A stretch of DNA of 64,000 nt, taken from the human T2T-CHM13v2.0 reference genome, Homo sapiens. The translations under genes were made by a program, and so were the position numbers. Positions 14,858 through 30,489 of this stretch are shown one piece after another. The notes under the pieces are model-generated. The model ran no database searches. It was given only the letters and a program-made list of their open reading frames with translations, and was not told the DNA's origin. The stretch's first letter is position 1; the number at the start of each line of letters is the position of its first letter. The stretch lies in the NCBI RefSeq assembly GCF_009914755.1, contig NC_060938.1. One strand, given 5' to 3'.

Positions 14858-15010
14858 GAAGGTGGGAAGGAAGAAATGATTTTTAAATTACACATGAAGG
14901 GCTTGGTATTAAATATAAGAATATAAGACATGTATCCTTAATGTGACAGTTTCCAGTAGACAGAGTAGATTTTCAAGAAAGCTGGGAATTTTCTTGAGTA
15001 TTATAATACA

Positions 15011-15128
15011 ATATGGTGATTAAGAGCTAGAGCCAGACTCTCTCACTTAGTAGCTGTGTGATCATGGCAAATTATTTAACTTTTCTGTGCCTCAGTTTCT
15101 TCATCTGTAAGATAGAGATAACAATGAT
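15011..15128 (+). mobile_element. MIR 5' half (3' half at 25689-25792)
   Basis: cacttagtagctgtgtga...gcctcagtttcttcatctgtaa core; consensus resumes after the L1 nest. Confidence 0.8.
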
Positions 15129-17388
15129 AAACTATAAAAACCCTAGAAGGGAGGTTCAAGATGGCCAATTAGAAGCAGCCGTGGTCTGTGGCCGCGGAAC
15201 TCACGGAAAGGAATGAAAAGGGGCAAGGGAATTCAGCACCTTCAACTTATATATCCAGGATCTCACATTGAAACTAACTAAGCAAACAACTCAACCCATG
15301 CAGAATGAAGAAAAGCAGGGGGTGGGGGCAACAGCCCACCTGGGAGTGGCACGGAGCGAAAGGAACCCCCACCCTCAGCCAAGGGAAGCAGTGAGTGAGC
15401 GTGCAACCCCACCCAGGAAACCATGCTTCTCCCATGAATCTTTGCAACCGGCGGATCAGGAGATCCTCTTGTGAGCCCACTAACTACCAGGTCTTTGGGT
15501 CCGAGACACAGAGCTGTGTGGCGTCTCAGCAAAGCAGCCACTCAGGCACAAACAGAGACCCAGGAGTTTTACAATTCTGGCCCTGGCATCCCTGGCAAGG
15601 CGGGAAATCCATCCATTCATATCCCTAGGAAGGGTGCTGAATTCAGGGAGCCAAGCAGCATCATTCTGCGGGCCCCACTTCCACGGCACCTCACAAGTTA
15701 AGACCTACTGGCTTGGAATTCTAGCCAGCCAACAACAGGCTGGAGTCTGCCTGAGACAGGACTGAGTTCCTGGGGAGAGGGTCGGCCACCATCTATGTGG
15801 TTCGGTAGACTCAGCCATTCCAGCCTGCCACCTTTGGACAATACAAACCGTATGAACAAGGAAGGGTCCTCCACAATGCAGCACGGCTGCCTTGCCAGAT
15901 TATGGCGAGACTGCTTCTTTAAGCGGAACCTAGATCCATTCCTCCTCACAGGGTGGGATCTCCCTGTGGAGGCTTTAGCCACTCCAGCAAGGGTTCTGCA
16001 GACAGAGCTCTGATCTCTCCCTGGGACAGAGCTCCTGTGGGGAGGGGCAGCTGCCATCTCTGCAGTTCAGTTGACTCAGCCATTCCAGCCTGCCAGCTTT
16101 GGAGAATACAAACTGTCTGGACGCGGAAGGGTCTCTCCCAATGCAACACACCTGCTCTACCAAACAGCAGCCAGACTGCTTCTTTAAGTAGATCCCTGAT
16201 CCCATTCCTCCTGACTGGGTGAGACCTCCCAACAGGGGTCTCCAGCCACCTTCTACAGGTGTGGTTGGGCCGGCAACAGGTCAGTACCCTACTGGAACGG
16301 AGCTTCCAGAGGAAGGAGCTGGCTGCCATCTTTGCTGTTTCACAGCCTTCACTGGTGAAACCTCCAGTTACAGGAAAAAACGAGCCAACTAGGGCCTGGA
16401 GTGGACCCCCAGCAAACCGCAGCAGCCCTATGCTAGAGTGGCCTGACCGTTAAAAGAAAAACAAACAGAAAACAACAATATCAACAAAAAAGACCCTACA
16501 AAAACCCCGTTCAAGTTAGTATCCTCAAAGATCAAAGGTAGATAAGCCCACAAAATGAGAAAGAATCGATGCAAGAATACTGAAAACTCAAAAAGCCAGA
16601 GTGCCTCTTCTCCATATGACTGCAACACCTCTCCAGCAAGGGCACAGAACTGGGTTGGGGCTGAGATGGCTGAATTGACAGAAGTAGGCTTCAGGAGGTG
16701 GGTAATAATGAATGTTGCTGAGCTACAGGAGCATGTTGTAACCCAATGCAAAGAAGCTAAGAATCACGACAAAACAGTACAGGAGCTGAAAGCCAGAATA
16801 GCCAGTTTAGAGAGGAACATAACTGACCTAATGGAGCTGAAAAACACAACATGATAACTTCACAATGCAATCACAAGTATCAATAGCAGAATAGACCAAG
16901 TGGAGGAAAGAATCTCAGAGCCTGAAGACTATCTTTCTAAAATAATACAGGCAGACAAGAATAGGGAAAAAGAACAAAAAGGAATGAACAAAACCTCTGA
17001 GAAATATGAGATTATGTAAAGAGACTGAATCTACAACTGATTGGGGTACTTGAAAGAGACAGGGAGAATGGAACCAAGTTGGAAAACATACTACAGGCTT
17101 TCATCCAGGAGAACTTCCCCAACCTACCAAGACAGGTCAATGTTCAAATTCAGGAAATGCAGAGAACCCCAGTAAGATATTCCATGAGAAGATCAACCCC
17201 AAGACACATAATCATCAGATTCTGCAAGGTCAAAATGAAAGAAAAAATGTTAAGGGCAGCCAGAGAGAAAGGCCAGGTCACTTACAAAGGGAAACCCATC
17301 AGACTAACCGTGGACCTCTCAACAGAAACCCTACAAGTCAGAAGAGATTGGGGGCTAATGTTCAACATTCTTAAAGAAAATAATTTTC

Positions 17389-19675
17389 TTTTCTTAATTA
17401 ATTTATTTATTATACTTTAAGTTCTGGGATACATGTGCAGAACGTGCAGGTTTGTTACATAGGTATACATGTGCCATGGTGGTTTGCTGCAGCCATCAAC
17501 CTGTCATCTAGGTTTTAAGCCCCTCATGCATTAGGTGTTTGTCCTAATGCTCTCTATCCCCTTGCCCCCCACTCCCTGGCAGACCCCGATATGTGATGTT
17601 CTGCTCCCTGTGTCCATGTGTTCTCATTGTTCAGCTTCCACTTGTGAGTGAAAACATGTGGTTTTTGGTTTCCTGTTCCTGTGTTAGTCTGCTGAGAGTG
17701 ATGATTTCCACCTTCTTTCATGTCCCTGCAAAGGACATGAACTCATTCTTTTTTATGGCTGCATAGTATTCCATGGTGTATATGTGCCACATTTTATTTA
17801 TCCAGTCTATCATTGGTGGGCATTTGGATTGGTTCCAAGTCTTTGCTATTGCGAATAGTGCTGCAATAAACATATGTGTGCTTGTGTCTTTATAGTAGAA
17901 TGATTTATAATCCTTTGGGTATAACTCAGTAATGGGATTGCTGGGTCAAATGGTGTTTCTGGTTCTAGATCCTTGAAGAATCACTACACTGTCTTCCACA
18001 ATGGTTGAACTAATTTACACTCCCACCAACAGTATAAAAGCGTTCCTATTTCTCCAGAGCCTCTCCAGCATCTATTGTTTCCTGACTTTTTAATGATCAC
18101 CATTCTAACAGTCATGAGATGGTATCTCATTGTGGTTTTGATTTGCATTTCTCTAATGGCCAATCATGATGAGCTTTTTTTCATATGTTTGTTGGCTGCA
18201 TAAATGTCTTCTTTTGAGAAGTGTCTGTTCATATCTTTTGTCCACTTTTTGATGGGGTGGGTCATTTTTTTCTTCTAAACTTGTTTAAGTTCCTTGTAGA
18301 TTCTGGGTATTAGCCCTATTAGTCAGATGGATAGATTGCAAAAATTTTCTCCCATTCTGTAGGTTGCCTGTTCACTCTGGTGATAGTTTCTTTTGCTGTG
18401 CAGAAGCTCTTTACTTTAATTAGACCCCATATGTCAATTTTGGCTTTTGTTGCAATTGCTTTTGGTGTTTTAGTCAGGAAGTCTTTGCCCATGCCTATGT
18501 CCTGAATGATATTGCCTAGGTTTTCTTCTAGGGTTTTTATGGTTTTTGGTTTTGTGTTTAAGCCTTTAATCCTTCTTGAGTTAATTTTTGTGTAAAATGT
18601 AAGGAAGGGGTCCAGTTTCAGTTTTCTGCTTATGGCTAGCCAGTTTTCCCAGCACCATTTATTATATAGGGAATCCTTTCCCCATTGCTTCTTTTTGTCA
18701 GGTTTGTCCAAGATCAGATGGTTTTAGATGTGTGGTGTTATTTCTGAGGCCTCTGTTCTTTTCTATTGGTCTATATCTCTGTTTTGGTACCAGTACCATG
18801 CTGTTTTGGTTACTGTAGCCTTGTAGTATAGTTTGAAGTCAGGTAGCATGATGCCTCTAGCTTTGTTCTTTTTGCTTAGGATTGTCTGGACTCTGTGGGC
18901 TCTTTTTTGGTTCCATATGAAATTTAAAGTAGTTTTTTCTAGTTCTGTGAAGAAATTCAGTGGTAGCTTCATGGGAATAGCATTGAATCTGTAAATTACT
19001 TTGGACAGTACGGCCATTTTCATGATATTGATTCTTCCTATCCATGAGCATGGAATGTTTTTCCATTTGTTTGTGTCCTCTCTTATTTCCTTGAGCAATG
19101 GTTTGTAGTTCTCCCTGAAGAGGACCTTCACGTCCCTTGTAAGTTATATTCCTAGGTATTTATTTTCTTAGTAGGAATTGTGAATGGGATCACTCATGAT
19201 TTGGCTCTTTCTTTGTCTAGTATTGGTGTATAGGAATGCTTGTGATTTTTGCACATTGATTTTATATCCTGAGACTTTGTTGAAGCTGCTTATCAGCTTA
19301 AGCAGTTTTTGGGCTGAGACGATGGGGTTTTCTAAATATACAGTCATGCCATCTGCAAACAGAGGTAATTTGACTTCCTCCCTTACTGTTTGAATATCCT
19401 TTATTTCTTTCTCTTGCCTGATTGCCCTGGCCAGAACTTCCAATACTATGTTGAATAGGAGTGGTAAGAGAAGGCATCCTTGTCTTATGCTGGTTTTCAA
19501 AGGGAATGCTTCTAGCTTTTGCCCATTCAATATGATATTGGCTATGGGTTAGTCATAAATAGTTATTATTTTAAGATATGTTTCATCAATACCTAGTTTA
19601 TTGAGTGTTTTTAGCATGAAGTAGTGTTGAATTTTATCGAAGGCCTTTTCTGCTTCTATTGAGATAATCATGTGG
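17389..19675 (-). mobile_element. 5'-truncated L1 (L1PA8-like) inserted antisense into ORF1 of the host L1
   Basis: Minus-strand ORF2 peptides (18319-19530); 3'UTR signature; degenerate TSD cttaaagaaaataattttc / cttaataaaagaattttc. Confidence 0.92.
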
Positions 19676-21073
19676 CTTAATAAAAGAATTTTCAACCCAG
19701 AATTTAATATCTGGCCAAACTAAGCTTCATAAGCAAAGAAGAAATAAGATTCTTTTCAGGCAAGCAAATGCTGAGGGAATTCATCGCCACCAGGCTTGCC
19801 TTACAAAAGATCTTGAAGGAAGCACTAAATATGGAAAGGAAAAAATGTTACCAGCCATTACAAAAACACACTGAAGTACACAGACCAGTGACATTATGAA
19901 GCAACCACATAAACAAGTCCACAAAATAACCAGCTATCATCATGATGAAAGGATCAAATTCACACATAACAATACTAACCTTAAATGTAAATGGACTAAA
20001 TGCCCCAATTAAAAGACAGAATGCAAGCTGGATAAAGAGCCAAGACCCATCAGTATGCTGTCTTCAAGAGACCCATCTCACATGCAGAGACACACATAGG
20101 CTCAAAATAAAGGGATAGAGGAAAATTTACCAAGCAAATGGAAAACAGAAAAAATCAGGGGTTGCAATCCCAGTTTCTGACAAACCAGAGTTTAAACCAG
20201 CAAAGATTAAAAAAGATAAAGAAGGGCATTATATAATGGTAAAGGGCTCAATTCAATAAAAAAAAGCTAACTATCCTAAATATATATGCACCCAATACAG
20301 AAGCACACAAACTCATACAGAAATTTCTTGGAGACCTACAAAGAGACTCAAACTCCCACACAATAATAGTAGGAGACTGTAACAACCCACTGACACTACT
20401 TGAGAGATCACTGAGACAGAAAATTAGCAAAGATACTCAGGACCCAAACTCAGCTCTGGATCAAGTGGACCTCATAGATATCTACAGAACTTTCCACCCC
20501 AAAACAGCAGAATATACAGTCTTTAAACCATCAAAGATTAAAAAAGACAAAGAAGGGCATTAAATAATGGTAAAGGCTTCAATTCAATAAAACTGACTAT
20601 CCTAAATATATATGCACCCTATACAGAAGCACCGAAATTCATAAAGCAAGTTCTTGGAGATCTACAAAGAGACTCAAACTCCCACACAATAATAGTGGGA
20701 AACTGTAACACCCCACTGACAGTAGTAGACAGATCATTGAGACAGAAAATTAGCAAAAATATTCAGGGCCTGAACTCAGCTCTGGATCAAGTGGACCTGA
20801 TAGATATCTACAGAACTTTCCACCCCAAAACAACAGAATATACATTCTTCTCAGTGCTGCATGGCACTTACTCTAAAATTGATCACATAATCAGAGGTAA
20901 AATACTCCTCAGCAAATGCAAAAAACTGAAATCATAACAAACAGTCTATCAGACCCACAGCACTGTCAAATTGAGAAATTCACTCAAAATCACACAACTA
21001 CGTGGAAATTGAAAAACATGCTCCTGAATGACTCGGGTAAATAATTAAGGCAGAAATCAAGAAGTTATTTGCT

Positions 21074-21443
<370 letters not shown>

Positions 21444-24400
21444 TTAAGAGGGAGATTTCTAGCACTAAATGCCCATATCAAAAAGCTAGAAAGATCTCAG
21501 GTTAACAACCTAGCATCTCAACTAGAAACTAGAGAACGAAGAACAAGCAAACCGCAAAGCTAGCAGAAGACAAGAAATAACAAAATTCAGAGCTGAACTG
21601 AAGGAGATAGAGACATGAAAACCTCTTCAAAAAATCAGTGAATCCAAGAGCTATTTTTTTTTAAATTAACAAAAGAGACCACTAGCTAGACTAATAAAGA
21701 AGAAAAGAGAAAACAATCAAATACACACAATCAGAAATGATAAGGGGGCATATTACCACTGACCCCACAGAAATACAACCATTAGAAAATACTATAAACA
21801 CCTCTATGCACATAAACTAGAAATCTAGAAGAAATGGATAAATTCCTGGACACATGCACCCTCACAAGACTGAACCAGGAAGAAATTGAATCGCTGAATA
21901 GACCAATAATGAGTTCTGAAATTGAGGCAGTAATAAATAGCCCACCAACCAAAAAAAGCCCAGGACCATTTGGATTCACAGCTGAATTCTACCAGAGGTA
22001 CAAAGAAGAGCTGGTGTCATTTCTACAGAAAATATTCCAAAAAAATTGAAAAAGAGGGACTTCTCCCTAACTCATTCCGTGAGGTCAGCATCATCCTGAT
22101 ACCAAAACCTGGCAGAGATGCAACAAAAAAAGAAAACTTCAGGCTAATATCCTTGATGAATGTAGATGCAAAAATCCTCAATAAACTACTGGAAAACTGA
22201 ATCCAGCCAGCAGCACATCAAAAAGCTTATCCACCACAATCAAGTCACCTTTATCCCCAGGATGCAAGGTTGGTTCAACATATGTGAGTCAATAAATGTG
22301 ATTCATCACATAAACAGAACTAAAGACAAAAATCTACATGATTATCTCAATAGATACAGAAAAAGCCTTTGATAAAATCCAGTATCCCTTCATGTTAAAA
22401 ACTGTCAATAAACTAGGTATTAAAGGAACATACCTTAAAATAATAAGAGCCATTTATGACAAATCAATAGCATGCTGAATGGGCAAAAGCTGGAAGCATT
22501 CTTGTTAAAAACTGGCACAAGACAAGGATGCCCTCTGTCACCACTCCTATTCAACATGGTACTGGAAGTTCTGCCCAGCACAGTGAGGCAAGAGAAAGAA
22601 ATAAAGGGCATTTAAATAGGAAGAGAGGAAGTCAAATCATCTTTGTTTGCAGATGACATGATTCTATACCTAGAGAACCCCATCATCTCAGCTCAAAAGC
22701 TCCATAAACTGATAAGCAATTTCAGCAGTCTCAGGATACAAAATCAATTTGCAAAAATTGCTAGCATTTCTATATACCAACAACAGGTAAGCAGATAGAC
22801 AAATCATGGATGAACTTCCAATCACAATTGCTACAAAAAGTATAAAATATGTAGGAATATAGCTAACAAGGGAAGTGAAAGACCTCCTCAAGGAGATCTA
22901 TAAACCACTGCTCAAATCAGAGAGTACATAAACAAATGGAGAAACATTCCATGCTCATGGATAGGAAGAATCAGTATTATGAAAATGGCCATACTGCCCA
23001 AAGTAATTTGTAGATTTAATGCTATTCTCATTAAACTACTATTTACATTCTTCACAGAATTAGAAAAAAACTTTAAAAATTCATATGGAACCAAAAAAGA
23101 GGCTGAATAACCAAGACAATCCTAAGCAAAGGGAACAAAGCTGGGGGCATCATGCTACCTGACTTCAAACTATACTGCAAGGCTACAGTAACTAAAACAG
23201 CATGCATGGTACTGGTACAAGAACAGACACGTAGATCAATGGAACAGAATAGAGAACTCAGGATTAAGACTTCACACCTACAACCATCTGATCTTGGACA
23301 AACCTGACAAAAAGCAGCAATGGGGAAAGGACTCCCTATTTAATAAATGGTGCTGGGACAGCTGGCTAGCCATATGCAGAAAATTGAAACTGGACCTCTT
23401 TTTTATACCATCTACAAAGGTTAACTCAACCGATGGATTAAGACTTAAATGTAAAACCCAAAACTATAAAAACGCTAGGAGAAAATCTAGGCGATACCAT
23501 TCAGGACATAGCCATACCATTCAGGACATAGCCATGGGTAATGATTTTGTCAAACACTGAAAGCAATTGCAACTAAAGCAAAAATTCACACATGGGATCT
23601 AATTAAACCAAGAGAGCTTCTGCATAGCACAAGAAACTCATCAGAGTGAACAGACAACCTACAGAATGGGAGAAAGTTTTTGCAATCTATCCATCTGACA
23701 AAGGTCTAATACCCTGAGTCTACAAGGAACTTAGAGTTACAAGAAAAATCAAACAACCCCATTAAAAAGTGAGCAAAGGACTCTTCTCAAAAGACATACA
23801 TGCAGTGAACTAATATGAAAAAAGCTCAACATCACTGATCATTAGAGAAATGCAAATCAAAACCACAATGAGATACCATCTCACGCCAGTCAGAATGACT
23901 ATTGTTAAAAATAAAAAAACAACAGATGCTGGCAAGGTTGCAGAGAAAAAGGAACACTTTTACACTGTTGGTGGGAGTGTAAATTAGCTCAAATATTGTG
24001 GAAGACAGTGTGGCAATTCCTCAAAGACCTAGAGGCAGAAATACCATTTGACCCAGCAATCCTATTACTGTGTATATACCCAAAGGAATATAAAAGATAC
24101 ATGCATGCATATATTCATTGCAGCACTATTCACAGTAGCAAAGACATGGAATCAACCTAAACCCTATCAGTGATAGACTAGATAAAGAATATGTGGTAGA
24201 TATATACCATGGAATACTATGCAGCCATAAAAAGGAATGAGACCATGTCCTTTGCAGGGATATGGATGGAGTTGAAAGCTGTTATCCTCAGCAATGTAAT
24301 GCAGGAACAGAAAACCAAACATTGCATGTTCTTACTTATAAGTGGGAGCTAAAAGGCTAAATGATGAGAACACATAGACACATGTGGGTGAAACAACACA

Positions 24401-24592
24401 TGCTGGGGCCTTTCAGAGGGCAGTGAGAGGAGAGGGAGAGCATCAGGATGAATAGCTAATGATGCTGAGCTTAATACCTAGGTGATGGGATGATCTGTGC
24501 AGCAAACCACCATGGCACATGTTTACCTATGTAGCAAACCTGCACATCCTGTACATGTACCCATAAACTTAAAAGTTGAAGAAAAAAAAAAC

Positions 24593-25688
24593 AACCCTAG
24601 AAGAAAACACAGTAAATGCCTTTCTGGACATAGGCCCTTGCAAAGATATCATCATAACTAAGATGCTAAAAGCAAAAATTGACCAATGGAACCTAATTAA
24701 ATTAAAATGCTTCTGCACAGAAAAAAAAAAAAAAACCATTAACAGAGCAAACAACCTACAGAATTGGAGAAAAGATCTGCAAACTATGCATGTGACAAAG
24801 GTCTAATATCCAGAATCTAGAAGGAACTTAAATCAACAAGAAAATAACAAACAACCCCCTTTTAAAAAATGAGCAAAGGACATGAACAGACACTTCTCAA
24901 AAGAAAACATGTATGCAGCCAACAAACATATGAAAAAGTGTTCAATATCATTAATCATTAGAGAAATGCAAATCAAAACCACAATGAGATGCCATCTTAC
25001 ACCAGTTAGAATGGCTATTATTAAAAAGTCAAAAAATAATAGATGCTGGCAAGGTTGCAGAGAAAAGGGAAAGCTTATACACTGCAGGTGGGAAAGTAAG
25101 TTAGTTCACCCACTGTGGAAAGCAGTTTGGAGAGTTCTCAAAGAACTTAAAACCATTTGACCCAGCAATCCCATTACTGGGTATGTTCCCAAATCATACT
25201 ACTGTAAAGATACATACATATGTTCCCCACAGAAGTATTCACAATAGCAAAGACATGGAATCAACCTGAATGCCCATCAACAATAGACTGGATAAAGAAA
25301 ATGTGGTACATATATACCATGGAATACTATGCAGCCATAAAAAAGAATGAGATATGTCTTTTGCAGCAATGTGAATGGAACTGGAGACCATTACCCTAAG
25401 TGGATTAATACAGGAACAGAAAACCACATACCACAATGTTCTTACTTATAAGTGGGAGCTAAACATTGAGTACACATGGACACAAAAAGGAAACAATGGA
25501 CACTGGGGACTACCTGAGAATGGAGGGTGGGAAGAGGGTAGAATAAAAAAACTACCTATCAGGTACTGTACTTATTACCTGGGTAACAAAATAATCTGTA
25601 CACCAAAATCCTGCAACATGCAATTTAACCACATAACAAAACCACATGTACTTTCTGAACCTAAAATAAAAGTTGGAAAAAAAAAAAT
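24593..25688 (+). mobile_element. 5'-truncated older L1 (L1PA15/16-like); first ~20 nt lie at 15129-15149
   Basis: ORF2 C-terminal peptides (24576-25160) and 3'UTR ending cctaaaataaaagtt plus poly-A. Confidence 0.88.
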
Positions 25689-26618
25689 AATACCTGCTTC
25701 ATAGGTAATGGGAGGTTTAAATGAATTAATATGTAAAAACTGTTTTGAACAGCTGCTGCCACATAGTCAATGAATGTTAATTGCTATTATTAGTTTAGTT
25801 ATGCTATTGTAGTAACTAAGTCTTATTTATATTTGTAATTGTCTAGAAATAATACGTTGTGTGGCATAGTAGACAATATATTTTTGCTTAGTAAACATAT
25901 GAACAAATGACAGAGAAGTGAATAGAGGAGGAAATCCTGTCTTAAGTGATGGATTTCATGTTAGACTTCATTTATCCTTGCTCTCCTCCTTTTCAGCAAG
26001 AGTGGGCCAAAGCTAAACCAGTTGAATTATTCTAGATGTATCCCTTTCAGTACTGGCTGATATAGTTGATTTTCTCTGCTGTTTCCTTGTTTTCCATTTC
26101 ATTGACTTTTATGCTCTTATTTTTAATATTTTTTTCTTCTGCTTCATTTAGGCTTAAATTGTTTTTCTTTCTCAGTTTCCTAAGGTGGGAGATTAGGTTG
26201 TTGATTTTAAATTTATCTTCGAATATATGCACTTAATGCTGTAAGTTTCCCTCTAAGCACTACTTTTGTTGCATCCCGTCAATCTTGATAAGTTGTATTT
26301 TTGTTTTTATTTAGTTCAAAATATTTTAAATTTTTTATTGAGACTTCTTTAACTCAGGTGTTATTTAGTAATGTGTTGTTTATTTCTCAATATTTGGGAA
26401 ATTTTCAGCTACTTTTCTGTTAATGATTTCTAGTTTAATTTCATTATGGTCGGAGAGCATTCGTTGTATGATTTCTATTCTTTTAAATTTGTTAAGGTGT
26501 GTTTTGTGGCCCACGTTGTAGTATGTCTTGGTGAATGTTCAATATGAACTTGAGAAAAATGTTTGTATTCTTCTGTTGTTGGATCAAGTATTCTATAAAT
26601 GTCAATTAGATCAAGTCA

Positions 26619-27208
<590 letters not shown>

Positions 27209-27520
27209 CAATATTGAGCAATAATAATGGGTGTTCTGTTTCTCCTTGCAGTTCTTTCAATTTTTGCTTCACATATTTTAATATGTTCCATTGCTTTGTG
27301 CATACATGTTTAGAATTGTATGTTTTCTTAGAGAATTGACTCATATATTATTGTGTAATACCCTTCATTGTCCCCGATAATTTTCCTTGTTTTGAATCTG
27401 CTTTTCCTGAAATTAATATAAACACTCTAGCTTCCTTTTGATTAGTGTTAGCATGCTATCTTTTTCTTCATCTCCTTACTTTTAACATAGCAGAGTCTTT
27501 GTATTTAAAGTGGGTTTGTG

Positions 27521-27827
27521 GGCCAGTTGCTGTGGCTCATGCCTGTAATCCCAGCATTTTGGGAGGCCAAAGTGTCCAGATTGCTTGAGCTCAGAAATTC
27601 GAGACCAACCTGGGCAACATAGCAAAAACCCATCTATGCAAAAAAAATACAAAAATTAGCTGGGCATAGTGGTGCATACCTGTGGTCTCAGCTACTCAAG
27701 AGGCAGAGGTGAGAGGATCACTTGAGCCCAGGAGGTCCAGGCTGCAGTGAGCCATGATTGTACCACTACGTGCCAGCCTGGGCAACAGAGTGACACTCTG
27801 TCTCAAAAATAAATAAATAAATAAAAA
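27521..27827 (+). mobile_element. Alu (AluJ-like)
   Basis: Dimer with (TAAA)n tail; TSD aaagtgggtttgt / aaagtgagtttgt. Confidence 0.9.
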
Positions 27828-29603
27828 GTGAGTTTGTATAGACAGCATATAGTTGGGTCTTGTTCTTTTGTCTATTCTGGCAATCTCTATATTTTAATTG
27901 CATTATTTAGACCCTTCATATTTAAAGTGATTATTAATATAGTTGGATTAATATCTATCACATTAGTAACTATGTTTATTCATTGCATTTGTTCTTTCTT
28001 TTTTCCTTCTTTTTCTGCTTTTTTTATTTTAAATGAACATTTTATTTCATTTCATTTTGTTTCCTCTTTTAATGTATCAATTATATTTCTCTTTAAAAAA
28101 TTTAGAGGTTATCCTAGAGCTTGCCATAAACATTTTAAACAAATCCGAGTTTACCTTCAAACAATACTATACTGCTTCGCATGTATAGTGCGGTTAACTT
28201 ATAACAGAGTATACTCAATTCCTCCCTCCCATTTCTTACAACATTGCTGTCATCACTTTATTCATATGTATGGCCTAATCACCCAGTACGTTGTTACTAC
28301 TGTTAATTTAAACAGTTTTCTTTTAGATCAATTAAAAATAAGAGAACTGAAAGATTTGATTTTACCTTATTTATTTCTTCTCTGAGGATTCTTTCTTTAT
28401 GTCAATCCAGGTTTCTTACCTATGTTATTTCCTTCTCCCTAAATAACTATTTTTAATATTTTTTGTAGGGCAGTTCTGTTGGCAATGAAACCACCCAGGT
28501 TTTGTTTGTCCTGAGAAAGTTTTTATTTATCCCTCACTTTTGAAGGAGAATTTGTGGATTTGGAATTATAGTTTGGTGGTTTTTTTCTTATAACACTTTA
28601 AATATTTCACTTCACTCTCTTCTTGCTTGAATGATTTCTGATGAGAAGTCCACTGTAGTTCTTATCCTTATTCCTCTATGGATACAGTTTTTTATCCTCT
28701 GGCATCTTTTAAGATTTTCTCTTTGTCTTTCATTTTCTACAATTTGTGTATGATTTGCCTAAGCATAGATTTTTTGGTATTTATCCTGCTTCCTGGCTCT
28801 GAGATTTGTCTGTCATTAGTTTTGAAATACTCTCAACCATTTCACTTCAAATATTCTACTCCATCCTTTCTTTGCTTTCTGGTATCCCAATTATATGTAT
28901 GTTATACCATTAGAAATTTTCCCACAGTTCTTGGGATATTTTATTCTTTTTACTTTTTTCTCTGCATTTCAGTTTGGGAATTTTTTGTTTATTGTAATTA
29001 TGTTATACCACTCAGCAAGGATATGTTTTGGCTTCATTTTGCTTGTAAATCAAAGTTCATAATCTTCCAAGCCTCCATAGTCTGGTACCACTGTGACTAT
29101 ATAAATATTTTGCCCCAAGAATAGCCTACCTATCCAGTTGGTTCTAAGTATCCCAGAAATGGGCAGAAGATATGACCAAGTGATTCACAAAGTAATAAAT
29201 ACAAAAGGTTACTAAACCTATAAATAAATATCCAATCCAAATAGTAGTGAAAGAAATGCAAAGTGGCAGTTTGTCATTTGCTATTTGTTTACTCATCAAA
29301 AAGAGGGAAAATTAAAGACAAATTTCAGTGTTAGAGAGGTAGCAATCGGTTGCAAATTCACATAATCTTTAGCTATTTATCAATATCCTGAAAAGTGTTC
29401 ACACCCTTTGGCCTAGTATTTATCTTTATCAAATTTACCCTCAGAAAATAACCTGAGCTATGCATATAAAGATATTCATCATGCTTTATTTACAAAACCA
29501 AAAAAAATTGGAAATATGAATTTCTAACAATATGGGTTTTAAGTAAGCCTTTAAGAGTATTTAACATCCTTAAAAATCACGTTTCTTAAAAATATTTTAT
29601 GAA

Positions 29604-29883
29604 GGCTGGGCACAGTGGCTCACACCTGTAATTCCAGCACTTTGGGACGCCAAGATGGGCAGATCAGTTGAGGTCAGTAGTTCAAGACCAGCCTGGCCAA
29701 TATGGTGAAACCTCATTTCTACTAAAAATATAAAAATTAGCCAGGCGTGGTTGTGTATGCCTGTAATCCTAGCTACTCAGGAGACTGAGGCAGGTGAATT
29801 GCTTGAACTCGGGAGGCAGAGGCTGCAGTGAGCCAAGATTGCACTCCAGCCTGGGCAACAGAGTGAGTCTCTGTCTTAAAAAA
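29604..29883 (+). mobile_element. AluS
   Basis: Dimer; TSD aaatattttatgaa. Confidence 0.9.
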
Positions 29884-29930
29884 GATTTTTTAGATCTGTC
29901 TTAAAAGATTTTTTAAAAGGAAATATTTTA

Positions 29931-30170
<240 letters not shown>

Positions 30171-30489
30171 TTACAGGTGTTATCTCTGGGTTATTAAGAA
30201 TAATTTTTATTTTCTTCTTTATATTTTGCTGCGCTAAAAAAATTCCTACAGAATTGTAAAATGCATCGTTTTATAGAAGAAAAGTTCTTCTAAAAATCCT
30301 ACTTAACTCCCAGAGTCGAGCTCAAATACCTCCTCTTCCCAAATTTCTTTCTGACTACTCTTATTTTTTTTCGGAGATACTTCTTAGAAGTCTGATTACT
30401 TTTGTTTACATTGATCTTTCCATTTTCTCTGTTTATCTTTCTCTACCCAGCTTTTGAGTCTAGATGCTCTTTTCATTCTCTTCTTTCGC

